NCBI GenBank assembly: GCA_965222235.1
Contig: OZ244939.1
Span: 323,396-387,395, forward strand
Direction of reading: 5' to 3'
Length of the DNA: 64,000 nucleotides
Origin: Minisyncoccota bacterium
GTDB taxonomy: Bacteria; Patescibacteriota; Minisyncoccia; Phycocordibacterales; JABAAK01
Part shown: one piece after another, positions 18,326 through 32,151 of the stretch
Numbering within the stretch: position 1 is the stretch's first letter
Layout: each line of letters starts with the position of its first letter
Program-made: the position numbers and the translations under genes
Notes under the pieces: generated by a model
What the model was told of the DNA's origin: nothing
What the model saw: the letters and a program-made list of their open reading frames with translations, nothing else
Databases searched by the model: none

Positions 18326-19531
18326 ATGAAACAAAAAGAAAAAAATATCGTGGTTTTTGACATCGGCGGCAGCAATCTCAAGGCGCTGTTCGGATCGCGT
18401 AATGACACGGAAACCCAGCGGAAGCCTTTTTTTGAACTGCACGGCGTAATCGGCGCCGTACAGGGTATTTCAAGCAAAGGATTTGTGCAGAACAGAACCG
18501 CGCTGCTGCGCTCCGTCCGGGATGTCTACGACAAGCTCTGTTCCTTTTCCGGATATGACATCAACGAAGCGTATGTACTCTACACCCACCCGAACACCCG
18601 ATTCCTCACAAAAACCATGGGGACCACCTCCATTAAAAATCCCGAGGGTATACATATCACGGAGGAATGGCTGGAACAGAAAAAAGAATACATACGGGAA
18701 CAGATTGCACGGTACCACCGCCAGGAAAAATGCACCTATTTTTCCGTTCAGTCCATATGCGCCGACGGCGAGGAAATTATGTATGACCCCTATGAATACA
18801 CCGCCATGCGCTCAATTGTCATCACCTACAACTACGCGCTGACACCGGCGACATACATGGAGCACATCCGGGAGATTATGGAGCAGGTGTTCGCCATAGT
18901 CACCATCCATCCTGTCGCTGTCGCGAACGGTTTTTTTCTTTCAAAGGAGCAGAAAGACCGGGGTGCTCTTGTCTGCGATATCGGCACGCACACAACCACG
19001 GTGTCCGTCTACCGGGACGGCCGGATGATCGGCATGCACACATTTCCGTTCGGCGGAGCGACTATCACGAATGAAATCGCGCTCAGCAAAAAGATATCAC
19101 TGGAAGAGGCCGAGCAGATAAAATATGACATGCATCTGCCGGAGCAGCCGCTGAAAAAACGCGAAGTGCAGACGATTGAAAAAAAACTGGCGGCACATAT
19201 TAAGGCGGACATATTGGGGTATATAAAAAGTGTGGACGCGAAGAAACAGTTCCCCGGCGGCGTGCTGCTCATCGGCAGCGGCGCGCAATATCCCAATCTT
19301 GATGCAGTCATTGAAAAAACACTCGGACTCTATACCGAGCACGCGAAGATATCGTACCACATTCAGAATCAGCAACACGCCCGGCAGACGACCTGGCAGT
19401 CCGCATACGGCCTGCTCCATGCGCTTGCTACCAGAACATTGGATGATACTGTATATGCCCACCGGACAAAAACACCGTTCTGGCACATCGTCACCCGGTG
19501 GCTCCATGCCGTTTCAAAAATACTGCGCTGA
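18326..19531 (+). CDS. ftsA: Cell division protein FtsA (actin-like ATPase)
   Basis: DIGGSN phosphate-1, CDIGTHTT phosphate-2, FGGATIT and IGSGAQ motifs. It lies immediately upstream of ftsZ. Confidence 0.65.
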   Translation: MKQKEKNIVVFDIGGSNLKALFGSRNDTETQRKPFFELHGVIGAVQGISSKGFVQNRTALLRSVRDVYDKLCSFSGYDINEAYVLYTHPNTRFLTKTMGTTSIKNPEGIHITEEWLEQKKEYIREQIARYHRQEKCTYFSVQSICADGEEIMYDPYEYTAMRSIVITYNYALTPATYMEHIREIMEQVFAIVTIHPVAVANGFFLSKEQKDRGALVCDIGTHTTTVSVYRDGRMIGMHTFPFGGATITNEIALSKKISLEEAEQIKYDMHLPEQPLKKREVQTIEKKLAAHIKADILGYIKSVDAKKQFPGGVLLIGSGAQYPNLDAVIEKTLGLYTEHAKISYHIQNQQHARQTTWQSAYGLLHALATRTLDDTVYAHRTKTPFWHIVTRWLHAVSKILR

Positions 19532-19575
19532 ACCGAGGTGGTGCGGACAGTAGCGATAGTGTATAGTGATGACAT

Positions 19576-20778
19576 ATGAAGAAGGTATCGCCGCCGGCAA
19601 GTGAGACATTCGCGCGGATTCGGGTCATCGGTCTCGGCGGTTCGGGCAAGAATGCAACCAATCATATGGTAAAAATGGGGGTTTCCGGTGTTGAGTTTAT
19701 CGTTGCGAACACGGACGCGCAGGATCTGCAGCATTCGCGCGCGGAGAAAAAGGTGCACCTCGGGAAAAAAACCACGCAGGGACTCGGCACCGGCATGAAT
19801 CCGACGCTCGGAAGAACCGCCGCGGAAGAATCGCTTGCCGACATACATGAAACATTGAAAGGAAGTGACCTTGTGTTCATCGCCTGCGGTATGGGGGGAG
19901 GCACCGGCACCGGAGCCGCTCCGGTCATCGCAAAAACCGCAAGAGATTTGAACATCCTCACCGTCGCGGTGGTGACGAAGCCGTTCACCTTTGAGGGCGG
20001 AAAGCGGCGGAGTGTTGCCGAGGAAGGCCTGGAAAAACTGTCCCAGAACACCGATGCCATCGTCATCATACCGAATGACAACATTCTCGCCATTGCTGAT
20101 GACAAAACTACCCTGGCGGAGGCATTCACCCTCAGCGACAATGTGCTCCATCAGGCGGTAAGCGGTATATCCCAGCTGATTATGAAGCCCGGTGACATTA
20201 ATATAGATTTTGCCGATATCCAGGTCATTCTCAAAGATTCCGGCGTATCGCTGCTCGGCATCGGCAACGGCCGCGGTACGAATCGTGCGGAGCTCGCGGT
20301 CACACGGGCGGTGTCTTCCCCACTTCTTGAAACCTCCATCAAAGGAGCAAAACGGGTACTGTTCTCCATTGCATCAAAATCGCGATCTGAGATTTCAATG
20401 CGCGAAGTGCAGACGATAGCGGAGCGGATTGCAGAATCCGTTGATCCGGAAGCGAAGATTATCTTCGGCACCTCAACCGACAAGGATCTGCGCCAGGGGG
20501 AAATTCAGGTAACCCTTATCGCAACCGCTTTTGAGCCGGCGATAAGCCAGCAGGTGCCTCCGGAGAAATCAGCCGCACAGGCTGATATCCCGGTTATACA
20601 GTCATCCGCCGTAAAAGCGACTGAACGACTGAGTGACTTTTCTATGGAGAACGCCCATACGAATAAAAACGAAGGGGCGGTGTTCGGCGATGATGTGATA
20701 TATGAGGAGGAAACGAGTATCAATAAAGACACTATGGATCAGAACAAAATATGGAAAAAACTATGGAACGGCAAGTAG
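19576..20778 (+). CDS. ftsZ: Cell division protein FtsZ
   Basis: GLGGSGKNA, NTDAQDL and the GGGTGTGAAPVIA tubulin signature. Confidence 0.9.
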   Translation: MKKVSPPASETFARIRVIGLGGSGKNATNHMVKMGVSGVEFIVANTDAQDLQHSRAEKKVHLGKKTTQGLGTGMNPTLGRTAAEESLADIHETLKGSDLVFIACGMGGGTGTGAAPVIAKTARDLNILTVAVVTKPFTFEGGKRRSVAEEGLEKLSQNTDAIVIIPNDNILAIADDKTTLAEAFTLSDNVLHQAVSGISQLIMKPGDINIDFADIQVILKDSGVSLLGIGNGRGTNRAELAVTRAVSSPLLETSIKGAKRVLFSIASKSRSEISMREVQTIAERIAESVDPEAKIIFGTSTDKDLRQGEIQVTLIATAFEPAISQQVPPEKSAAQADIPVIQSSAVKATERLSDFSMENAHTNKNEGAVFGDDVIYEEETSINKDTMDQNKIWKKLWNGK

Positions 20779-21689
20779 AGTTACTTATCATCGGCGCCGG
20801 ACCTGCCGGAACCGCTGCGGGTGTATATGCGGCGCGCAAGCAGCTCAGAACCGCTCTCATTACTGAGAGCTACGGCGGACAGAGCATCGTCTCACCGGAT
20901 ATTAAAAACTGGATCGGTATGCCGAGTATCAGCGGCGACGATCTTGCTGAATCTTTTAAACATCACCTTCGGGAATACACAGACGGATCGCTTGCCCTTC
21001 TTGAAACAAAAGTAACCGGCATGACAAAAACAAACAGCGGATACACTGCCGCATGTGAAAACGGCGAGACTGTATCGGCTCAGACAGTGTTTCTCGCGAC
21101 CGGCGCGGATCGCCGGCGCCTTGTTGATGTGCCCGGCGCGGACGAATTTGAACACAAAGGGCTGACCTACTGCGCCTCCTGCGACGGTCCGCTGTTCACC
21201 GGAAAAGAAGTCGCTGTTATCGGCGGCGGCAACGCCGGATTTGAAACGGCGGCGCAGTTGCTCGCCTACGCGAAAAAGGTCACACTCCTGCACCGCAGCG
21301 GCAAATACAAAGCGGACGCGGTCACGATTGAAAAAGTACTCGCGCATCCGAACATGACGGGGATACCTGACGCACACATTTCCGGAGTCAGCGGCAACGG
21401 ATTAGTCAGCGGTATCACCTATACCAAAGACGGTGCGGAACATGCGCTCGCTGTTGAGGGCGTGTTCGTTGAAATAGGTCTCATCCCTTCAACCGCGATA
21501 ACGGGCGATATGGTTGAGAAGGACGCGGTCGGCAGAATCAGGGTTGATCCGCGCACCCATCAATCCTCGGACTCCGGAATATGGGCCGCAGGCGACTGTT
21601 GCGACGGCATGTTTCATCAGAACAACATCGCCGCGGGCGATGCTGTAAAGGCACTTGAGCACATCTATCTCACATTGCACGCGCGATAG
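20751..21689 (+). CDS. trxB: Thioredoxin-disulfide reductase
   Basis: LIIGAGPAG FAD site, CASCDG redox-active disulfide and GGGNAG NADPH site. It overlaps the ftsZ 3' end. Confidence 0.85.
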   Translation: MEKTMERQVELLIIGAGPAGTAAGVYAARKQLRTALITESYGGQSIVSPDIKNWIGMPSISGDDLAESFKHHLREYTDGSLALLETKVTGMTKTNSGYTAACENGETVSAQTVFLATGADRRRLVDVPGADEFEHKGLTYCASCDGPLFTGKEVAVIGGGNAGFETAAQLLAYAKKVTLLHRSGKYKADAVTIEKVLAHPNMTGIPDAHISGVSGNGLVSGITYTKDGAEHALAVEGVFVEIGLIPSTAITGDMVEKDAVGRIRVDPRTHQSSDSGIWAAGDCCDGMFHQNNIAAGDAVKALEHIYLTLHAR

Positions 21690-23840
21690 CTATACCCCCG
21701 GCCACGGCTCAACAATGAGCATATCCCGCCGCTTATATCTTCCGCTCGGCACGTGTCTCCATATCGCTTCCGTGACGAAGGGCATGAACGGATGAAGTGC
21801 TCTGAGCGATGATGTATAAATATACATGAGCATTGCTTTCTTTGACTGTTTTTCCGTTCCGTCGGCTCCGTGCAGCACTTCTTTGCTTTCTTCAATGATG
21901 CTGTCGGCAAATGTATGCCATATATAGTGATACAGTTTCTCGGCCGCAAGATGGTATCGATAGTGTTCCATATCATCTGTTATCTCCCGAAGCAATTCTT
22001 CCCACCCGCGCACATGCGTGGCGTCCGTTTCGGTATATTCCCCGCCGCCGCTGTCTCCCGCTTCCGTGAGCACGAACCGCCCGATATTCCATACCTTGTT
22101 TGCGAATTTTCTGTATCCTCTGATGTTATCTATTGAAAAATTGATGCTCTCTCCCGGCACGGAGCCGATAATATATGCCATGCGCACGGCGTCAACGCCG
22201 TATTCATTCACAACCTCAGTCGGATCAATAACATTACCCTTTGATTTGCTCATTTTCTCACCCTTCGCATCGCGTACCAGTCCGTGAAGATATATTATCC
22301 TGAACGGCACGGCACCGGTGCGGTACAGCCCGAGCATTATCATACGAAGGACCCAGAAGAATAGTATGTCGTGCCCCGTCTCCATGACATCGGTCGGATA
22401 ATGGCGTTTGTAATCCGGACCGTCCGGATACCCCAACGTTATGAACGGCCACTGCCCCGATGAGAACCAGGTGTCAAAAGTGTCTGCATCCGGCACAACG
22501 TCGCCGCCGCATGCAGCGCAGGATGAAATCGTACCGTCAATATCAACCATGCCGTTGCCGCATGCAGTGCAGATTTTCGCCGGTATCGGTATGCCCCAAA
22601 CAATCTGCCGGGAAATATTCCAGTCCTGAATATCGGTGAGCCAGTGAAGCGCCACCCGCTCATACCGCTCTGTTATAAAAGAAACTTCTTTTGCTGTAAT
22701 TGCCTGAACTGCTTTCTCCGCAAGCGGCTTCATTGATATGAACCACTGCTTTTTGAGCTGCGGTTCAATCTCCCGTCCGCACTTGTAACAGGTCGGTACC
22801 GTGTGTGTGTAGGTGTCGTCAACACGGACCAACAGCCCTTTTTTGCGCATACTCTCAACGAGCGGTCCGCGTACGTCACGGATATCCGTGCCGGCAAATG
22901 CTCCGGCGACCGGCAGCAGCTTCCCCCGCTCATCAATGATCTGCTCGTATTCCAGACCGTGCCGCTTGGCTATCTCCCAGTCAACTGCTGAATGCCATGG
23001 TGTTATGGTCATGACGCCGCTTCCTTTTTCCGGATCACCCGCCCTGTCCTTGATAATCGTCGCCGTCACTGTTCTGTTAATCCACGGCACTTCAATTTTT
23101 TGCCCGTGCTCATACTTGATATACCGCGCATCATCCGGATGCATCACCACATACTTGTCGCCGAACTTTGTCTCGGGACGAACGGTACCGATGACAAAGG
23201 GACCGTACTTGAAATAGTAGAAGGGGTCGTTCCGTTCCTCATACAGCAGCTCCAACTCGGAAAACCCGGTCTGATGTTTCGGACACCAGTGCACCGTGCG
23301 CAGGTTCCGGTACAGCAGTCCGTCTTTCTCCAACTGTGCAAATGTCGCGTACACCTGCTTTTTGACCCGATCGTCAAGCGTGAAGGTGTCGCGCGACCAG
23401 TCACAGCTCGCACCCAGCGCTCTGAGCTGATTCTGCATGTGTTTCTTGTTCTCCTGCGTAAACTGCAGAATTTCACCGTAGAGCTCTTCCCGCGAGAGGT
23501 TAAACCGTGACCGTCCTTCTTTCTCCAATTTTTTTTCATACACAATCTGTGTTTCAAACCCGGCGTGATCCGCCCCGGGAAGCCACAGCGCCCTCTTCCC
23601 CCGCATTCTTGCGTACCGAACCATCAGATCTTCCAGCGTGACGAACAGCGCATGACCGGCATGCAGTGATCCGTTCGCGTTCGGCGGCGGCATGATGACG
23701 GTGTACGGCTCTCCCGCCTCGGGCAGGTTGTCCGGATTGAAATACCCGCCTTTCTCCCACTGTGTATATATATCAGCTTCTTTTTTCGTATGATTGTATG
23801 GTTTCAAAAAATCCTCCGAGACGGTATGCGCTTTTTCCAT
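21690..23840 (-). CDS. valS: Valyl-tRNA synthetase (716 aa, lacking the C-terminal coiled-coil extension)
   Basis: PPPNANGSLHAGHAL (compare ValRS PPPNVTGSLHMGHA), KMSKSKGN, editing-domain segments and a C-terminal anticodon-binding helix region. Confidence 0.8.
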   Translation of the reverse strand: MEKAHTVSEDFLKPYNHTKKEADIYTQWEKGGYFNPDNLPEAGEPYTVIMPPPNANGSLHAGHALFVTLEDLMVRYARMRGKRALWLPGADHAGFETQIVYEKKLEKEGRSRFNLSREELYGEILQFTQENKKHMQNQLRALGASCDWSRDTFTLDDRVKKQVYATFAQLEKDGLLYRNLRTVHWCPKHQTGFSELELLYEERNDPFYYFKYGPFVIGTVRPETKFGDKYVVMHPDDARYIKYEHGQKIEVPWINRTVTATIIKDRAGDPEKGSGVMTITPWHSAVDWEIAKRHGLEYEQIIDERGKLLPVAGAFAGTDIRDVRGPLVESMRKKGLLVRVDDTYTHTVPTCYKCGREIEPQLKKQWFISMKPLAEKAVQAITAKEVSFITERYERVALHWLTDIQDWNISRQIVWGIPIPAKICTACGNGMVDIDGTISSCAACGGDVVPDADTFDTWFSSGQWPFITLGYPDGPDYKRHYPTDVMETGHDILFFWVLRMIMLGLYRTGAVPFRIIYLHGLVRDAKGEKMSKSKGNVIDPTEVVNEYGVDAVRMAYIIGSVPGESINFSIDNIRGYRKFANKVWNIGRFVLTEAGDSGGGEYTETDATHVRGWEELLREITDDMEHYRYHLAAEKLYHYIWHTFADSIIEESKEVLHGADGTEKQSKKAMLMYIYTSSLRALHPFMPFVTEAIWRHVPSGRYKRRDMLIVEPWPGV

Positions 23841-24199
23841 ACCGCCAGTGTATCATACACAGCCGCGACATGATCTAAACGGAGTGCGCAAAACACCCCC
23901 TAATGATTTAGGGGGTGATCATGTGCGCGGCACATGTCCATTACCGCACGTATCCCAACGAGGTCAGCAGCGACATGAAGATGTATGCGATGAAGTATGC
24001 GCGGCCGAGCGGCACCGCAAACCTCAGAAACATCTCATCCTCTTCTTTCCGCTTTTCCGGATTGTCCGCTTTCATTGACATCTCCTTTGACGCGTGAGGC
24101 AAAGGTACATCGGAAGAAACATCCGACACGGAGTTAGTATATCCTGATCCGTCTTTTTCCGTCAAGCGGGAACAGTATACACCGTATATCCGCATCTTT

Positions 24200-24311
24200 G
24201 TTCTGGCGACGAGCTACTCTCCCGCATAAGCAGTACCATCGCCCCTGGAGGACTTAACTTCCGTATTCGGAATGAGAACGGGTGTGACCCCTCCGGTTTC
24301 ATCACCAGAAC
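24200..24311 (-). rRNA. rrf: 5S ribosomal RNA
   Basis: Reverse complement reads GTTCTGGTGATG...CCGTTCTCATTCCGAATACGGAAGTTAAG...GGGAGAGTAGCTCGTCGCCAGAAC. Helix I pairs. Ends are within 3 nt. Confidence 0.8.
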
Positions 24312-24384
24312 AAAAAGGCGGAATATATTTTCCGCATAATATCTATTGCAATAACCATGGGCAATTCTAACGAAACAGAACGCC

Positions 24385-27358
<2,974 letters not shown>

Positions 27359-27435
27359 ATAGCCGCTCTTGTTTCGTTTTTTGATGAACGAATTGCCCAT
27401 GCTTATTGCAATAGAATAATTGTAAAGATCAGGAT

Positions 27436-27465
27436 GAAAAAGAAAAAGCGTCCCGTCGGGACGCC
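27436..27465 (-). terminator. Rho-independent terminator of ychF
   Basis: GCGTCCCG-AC-GGGACGC hairpin followed on the minus strand by TTTTTCTTTTT. Confidence 0.55.
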
Positions 27466-27599
27466 TACTCAATACTACTGAATGCGAACCCTACGGTTTA
27501 TTCTTTTGCAATTTCTTTTCCACATACACAGTGTACCTGGCTCCGTGTAAAAACGCAATACCGACTTCCACATATCCGACCACAGATGCAACCGAATGG

Positions 27600-28679
27600 C
27601 TACCCCGTCCGGAATATGATGACATCACCGTCCTGCACGATATAGTCCTTCCCCTCCAGCCGTAACAGACCGGCGGACCGGGCATCGGTATAGGAGCCGG
27701 CACTGAGCAGATCCTCATGGGAGATAACCTCGGCACGGATAAAATTTTTCTCAAAATCGGTATGAATAGCTCGGGCGGCTCTCGGTGCTGTTGAGCCTGC
27801 CGGCACTGTCCAGGCACGGGTTTCTTTTTCGCCGGTGGTAAAAAAGGATATGAGGCCGAGCGTGCAGTATGCGGAACGGATAATATCGTCAACACCGCCG
27901 TCACCGTGAGAAAGCGCTTCTCTGAGCTCACGTGACTCTTTCGAACCCAGATGCGAAAGCTCCTCCTCGGTCTGCACGGCGACGATGACAACCTCGGAGC
28001 CCGTTCGTTTCGCGCATTCCCGCACCTGCTCAACATCCCGCTCGTCATACCGGATACCGATATTGCAGACATAGAGCATCGGCTTGACGGTGAGCAGGCC
28101 GAGTCCGTTTAAATACTGTTTCTCGTCATCAGCAAGCGGCAACGTTGCGGCGGGATGTCCCGAAGCGATTTCCGTGCGCACATTTTTCAGCAGCTTCTGC
28201 TCCGCCGCCGCATTTTCACCCCGCTTCATCTCCTTGTCAACCTTTTCCAGGCGACGTTCAACGATCTGTATATCGGCAAGCAGCAGTTCCGTTTCAATCA
28301 CCTCAATATCTCGGAGCGGATTCACTCCTCCGTCCACATGCAGCACATCCTCGTCAATAAAGCAGCGTACCATATGCACAATCGCGTTGACTTCGCGGAT
28401 ATGCGAGAGAAACGCGTTGCCGAGACCCTCGCCTTTTGACGCACCGCGTACCAAACCGGCAATATCCACGAATTCGAGGGCGGCGGGAACGGTGTTCTGT
28501 GACCGCGAAAACTCGGTAAGCTGTTTAAGCCGTCCGTCCGGCACCTCAACGACACCGACCGACGGATCAATGGTGCAGAACGGAAAGTTTTTCGCCGGCA
28601 CGCCTTTCTTCGTAAGCGCGTTAAATAGTGTGCTTTTCCCTGTGTTCGGCAGACCTACAATCCCCAATGTTATATTCAT
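27600..28679 (-). CDS. ychF: Ribosome-binding ATPase YchF (Obg-family GTPase)
   Basis: [24 protein letters not shown]-loop, [18 protein letters not shown]3/G4 region and a C-terminal TGS domain. ATG at 28679. Confidence 0.85.
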   Translation of the reverse strand: MNITLGIVGLPNTGKSTLFNALTKKGVPAKNFPFCTIDPSVGVVEVPDGRLKQLTEFSRSQNTVPAALEFVDIAGLVRGASKGEGLGNAFLSHIREVNAIVHMVRCFIDEDVLHVDGGVNPLRDIEVIETELLLADIQIVERRLEKVDKEMKRGENAAAEQKLLKNVRTEIASGHPAATLPLADDEKQYLNGLGLLTVKPMLYVCNIGIRYDERDVEQVRECAKRTGSEVVIVAVQTEEELSHLGSKESRELREALSHGDGGVDDIIRSAYCTLGLISFFTTGEKETRAWTVPAGSTAPRAARAIHTDFEKNFIRAEVISHEDLLSAGSYTDARSAGLLRLEGKDYIVQDGDVIIFRTG

Positions 28680-29263
28680 ACCGCATCCTTCACCGCCATC
28701 TTCTCCACCCGTTTCAGCCATGAGGAAAGCTTCTCCTTCGGGGTGTTGCGGGTCGGTCCGAAACTGGCCACCCGCACCGGCCTGACACCGCACGGGCGCA
28801 GTATGCCCCTGGTCAGCTCGTTGGTGTACGAACCGACGGTACAGCGGAGGAGCAGTGGATACGTTGAGCCGACAATATTAATGACCCGCGCCGTTTTTCC
28901 GCACAGGAGCGGCTTGAAGGTGTTATGTTCAAAGCGGAATGCAAACTGCGGCAGAAATGCCCGGTCAAACAGCCCCTTCATCTTTGCGGGCATGCTGCTC
29001 CACCAGTTCGGATACACAAAAACAAGGTGATCGGCCCAGGCAATCGCTTCCTGAAACGCGACCAGATCCGGTTCCAGTTCCTGAATCACTTCGTAGCCCT
29101 GATGGAGCGCCGGATCAAATACCATCTCGTCAATATTAAACCTCCGGATGTCCGCGCCCGCACGCTGTGCGGCGGACTCATATATGTCTCCACAGGCGTA
29201 TGAAAAGGATGTCTGAACCGGATTGCCGATAAGGAGCATGATTTTTTTGTTTGTCTTTTTCAT
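28676..29263 (-). CDS. Flavodoxin-fold NAD(P)H oxidoreductase-like protein (Flavodoxin_2/KefF/MdaB family)
   Basis: [24 protein letters not shown]-terminus and [22 protein letters not shown]. It has a 4-nt overlap with ychF. Confidence 0.55.
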   Translation of the reverse strand: MKKTNKKIMLLIGNPVQTSFSYACGDIYESAAQRAGADIRRFNIDEMVFDPALHQGYEVIQELEPDLVAFQEAIAWADHLVFVYPNWWSSMPAKMKGLFDRAFLPQFAFRFEHNTFKPLLCGKTARVINIVGSTYPLLLRCTVGSYTNELTRGILRPCGVRPVRVASFGPTRNTPKEKLSSWLKRVEKMAVKDAV

Positions 29264-29265
29264 AC

Positions 29266-29781
29266 CTATAAATGTTGCGGCTTAATATACTGACGGAAAA
29301 GTATGAACACCACCTGAAATGCGACAAATAAGAGCAGGTACCACAGTATCGGCGTGACAATGCTTGTGAGGATGAAACTCAGCGAGAATGTATGATACGC
29401 GGCAAGGAAATACCAGCCGGCCGCTATGCCCGGCGCGCCGTATGGAACCGGTATGCGTCCATGCGCCATACCGTACGCTATACCACCGTTAAAGAAGAGT
29501 ATCGCCGCCTTAATGCCGTATTCAACCTGGGCAGTGAGAGAGCCGTCAAGCACACCGAATATGAAAAGGGAGAGCGCCACCAGTATTGCCAGAAATATGT
29601 GAAGTACCCGTATGAGAGTGTATATCCAGTGAATGAAGATGTTGCCGAAACCCTCTCTCGGATAGCCGTATTTCAGGGAGAGCGCATATGAAAGCACAGC
29701 AATCGTTGAGGCGCCGAGCAGTATGCTGACGATGGTGCTTTCAATAAATATAAGAAGAGTGAACGGTACATCCATACGCAA
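29266..29781 (-). CDS. Multi-pass membrane protein (171 aa), hypothetical
   Basis: At least four predicted TM helices. Directly upstream of the flavodoxin-like gene. Confidence 0.5.
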   Translation of the reverse strand: MRMDVPFTLLIFIESTIVSILLGASTIAVLSYALSLKYGYPREGFGNIFIHWIYTLIRVLHIFLAILVALSLFIFGVLDGSLTAQVEYGIKAAILFFNGGIAYGMAHGRIPVPYGAPGIAAGWYFLAAYHTFSLSFILTSIVTPILWYLLLFVAFQVVFILFRQYIKPQHL

Positions 29782-29783
29782 TA

Positions 29784-30029
29784 TTATGACATGCTCTGCA
29801 CATCGGTCATCAATTTCTGCATTTCTGGCTGGTATTTCTTCATAACGGCCATGGTTGCGAGCATCTCATCTTGTCCCTGCTTCTTTTTTTCCTGTATTTC
29901 CTTCGCTATATTTTCAAACAGCGCGGGGTTCCGCTCATACATACTCATAAACATGGCTTTCTGACTCTCGGGCAGGTTCTTCATCTGTCGCTCAATCATT
30001 TTACGGGCAATAAAGCTTTTAACTCCCAT
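29784..30029 (-). CDS. Small Lys/Glu-rich hypothetical protein (about 82 aa)
   Basis: The longer computed ORF to 30179 reads through antisense tRNA-Ala (MYCRVDPTGFEPATSG...). The start was reset to ATG 30029, with an alternative at 30047. No ribosome-binding site. Confidence 0.35.
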   Translation of the reverse strand: MGVKSFIARKMIERQMKNLPESQKAMFMSMYERNPALFENIAKEIQEKKKQGQDEMLATMAVMKKYQPEMQKLMTDVQSMS

Positions 30030-30092
30030 ATATATTGAGTATACCATATACAGTATGCGACAGAACACAGCGGTGGTATACTGGAGGCATTG

Positions 30093-30166
30093 GGGCCCGT
30101 AGCTCAGTTGGCTAGAGCGCCGGTTTTGCACTCCGGAGGTCGCAGGTTCAAATCCTGTCGGGTCCA
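30093..30166 (+). tRNA. tRNA-Ala (anticodon UGC)
   Basis: Full cloverleaf: acceptor GGGCCCG/CGGGTCC with the G3:U70 Ala identity pair, D-arm GCTC/GAGC, anticodon loop TTTGCAC, T-loop TTCAAAT and discriminator A. No encoded CCA. Confidence 0.9.
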
Positions 30167-30592
30167 CTCTACAGTACAAATAGGTACACCCTCCCTGTCG
30201 GTCGGATGTGACTTGTTCGTGGTGCGTCGTTTCGGCACGTCATAGGGGGCTTTCCAGCCGTTTCTCGGTTTTTCATCTCTCACAGAGTTAAATATTTAGT
30301 ACTTTAATTTATACTTCCATACCTATTTGCAAAGAATAAATAAAGCACCCCACCAGCGCAACCATAGAGTAAAGCCCTATGAACTGATGGGGTGCTTCAA
30401 AAACTTTACCTATACCTATGGTTGCTTTTATAGTATATGATAAAAACACTTTTTGTGCATTCAAATTTAATTTTTTGTAGACAGGTTTCTTTTGTCATCA
30501 TCTTTTTGCTATACTATCAATAGCAACCAAAAGTATCGCCCGACTATCATATGGGAATATCCCATATTGTTAGTAAGATAATTAGGTGGAAT

Positions 30593-31162
30593 ATGGCGAT
30601 AAAAAAACATAAAACACATTTTGTATTTGCAAAAAAAGACATCAATAAATTAGTAGAAAAATATGATGTCGGAATGATTGAAGATAAGGATGCTGAAATC
30701 CTAACTGTTTTTTTTATTAGAAGTGGGAAAAGATCAAAGATACAGAAAGAAAATATAAAATCTTTTGAAATAAGCAATACTGGTGATGAATTTCCAAAAA
30801 AAATCTGTAATGTCTGTCATAAATTATTTAAAACTTCTCATTTTGAAAAAAATCAAAATGCAAAAAATAACAGAACTGTCAGAAGACCCTCTTGCAGAGA
30901 TTGTAGAAAAAATATTGATGGGGTACAAGTTAACATTAAAATAAGAAAAAAAATCTTAAAAACAAAACCTCATAAAATTCCATTTGAATGCCCCATCTGT
31001 CACAAAAGAACTATTGCAGGTGTCACTAGTAAAGTGGTGATTGACCATGACCATAAAACAGGAAAAATACGTGGGTGGATTTGTGATAGTTGTAATACGG
31101 GAATAGGAAGATTTAAGGATAATGTAGAAATTTTAAAGAGAGCCATCAGGTTTATCAAATAA
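30593..31162 (+). CDS. HNH-type (T4 endonuclease VII-like) nuclease with two Cys4 zinc sites; candidate type II restriction endonuclease
   Basis: AGGTGG ribosome-binding site then ATG 30593. CNVCHK...CRDCRKN zinc ribbon, then CPICHKR...VIDHDHKTGKIRGWICDSCNTGIGRF (Endonuclease_7/HNH signature DHDH...G.RG.LC..CN). Very AT-rich. Convergent with and overlapping the MTase. Confidence 0.6.
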   Translation: MAIKKHKTHFVFAKKDINKLVEKYDVGMIEDKDAEILTVFFIRSGKRSKIQKENIKSFEISNTGDEFPKKICNVCHKLFKTSHFEKNQNAKNNRTVRRPSCRDCRKNIDGVQVNIKIRKKILKTKPHKIPFECPICHKRTIAGVTSKVVIDHDHKTGKIRGWICDSCNTGIGRFKDNVEILKRAIRFIK

Positions 31163-31993
31163 AGATATATTCAACGTAAGGTGTTTGATTCTTTCCACTG
31201 CAATATCAACATATTTCTGTGAAATATCACAACCAAGATACAGACGATTATTTTTTTGCGCCATTTTACAAGTTGTTCCTGATCCACACATTGGATCAAA
31301 AACCAAATCCCCTTTATTGGTCCAAGAAAGAATATGATCCTCAGCTAACTTTTCTGGAAAAACTGCTGGGTGCTCAAAGGCAATCTTATCACTTGTTGAT
31401 CCATGCAACCCAACTGCATATTCCCATATGTTTGTTCTTGTCTTTTTATTTTTTAACATTTTTAGTGTTTTTTTGTTTATACCATCCGGACCTTTGTTGT
31501 GGGTAAGCATCTCTAAACCCTGCCTAACAGTATCTACTTCAATAGGATTAAATGTTGTCGGTTTCCCCTTACTTAACACAAACATAAATTCAAAACAATT
31601 TGTGTATCCATTAGAACGCATAAACGGTGTATTTTTCTTTTTATACACCATCACATCATGCACATTAAACCCAATTTCTTGAAATGTTATTGCCTGTTTA
31701 AAACTTGTGAGGCTCTTGTTTCCATTTTTCACTTTATCACCAACAACCCAAACAAGTACTCCCCCTTCTTTTGTTATTCTAAACAATTCAGGTACCATGG
31801 ATTCAAAATCAAAACGATACCCCTCATAGTTTCTTAATTCATCATAAGGAGGTGAAGTAACTGTTAAATCAATAAAACAATCTGGAAAATCTTTCATTAC
31901 CTCCATGGCATTGCCACACAAAATACTGTTTACTGGTGATTTATTGCTGTTGGTTGTCACCCTTTTTACAGGCATTTTTACTAAATCGCTCAT
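31133..31993 (-). CDS. Beta-class N4-cytosine or N6-adenine DNA methyltransferase
   Basis: Motif IV TSPPYDEL precedes motif I FDPMCGSGTT (beta permutation, N6_N4_Mtase family). 286 aa. Confidence 0.8.
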   Translation of the reverse strand: MSDLVKMPVKRVTTNSNKSPVNSILCGNAMEVMKDFPDCFIDLTVTSPPYDELRNYEGYRFDFESMVPELFRITKEGGVLVWVVGDKVKNGNKSLTSFKQAITFQEIGFNVHDVMVYKKKNTPFMRSNGYTNCFEFMFVLSKGKPTTFNPIEVDTVRQGLEMLTHNKGPDGINKKTLKMLKNKKTRTNIWEYAVGLHGSTSDKIAFEHPAVFPEKLAEDHILSWTNKGDLVFDPMCGSGTTCKMAQKNNRLYLGCDISQKYVDIAVERIKHLTLNISLFDKPDGSL

Positions 31994-32151
31994 ATGTTCA
32001 GTATACCTAATTAGAACACATCCATACTGGGTTATCTACAAAAATCATTTAATATATTAAATTAACCTTATTACAATAAGCTCATATATAAAGATACAAA
32101 ATATCTAAATATATACAATATCCTGTATACAAGTGTATTAATTTTCTATTT

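Noticed and set aside
23896-23915. 8-bp-stem hairpin CCCCCTAA-TGAT-TTAGGGGG between valS and 5S rRNA
   Set aside because: It is probably just the terminator of the 23S-5S transcript (followed on the minus strand by TGTTTTG) and doubles as a barrier before valS. It is not a distinct element.
29784-30179. 131-aa minus-strand ORF beginning MYCRVDPTGFEPATSGVQNRRSSQLSYGPQ
   Set aside because: Its first 30 or so codons are the reverse complement of tRNA-Ala, a classic artefact. The gene was trimmed to the downstream ATG (30029 or 30047) and kept at low confidence.
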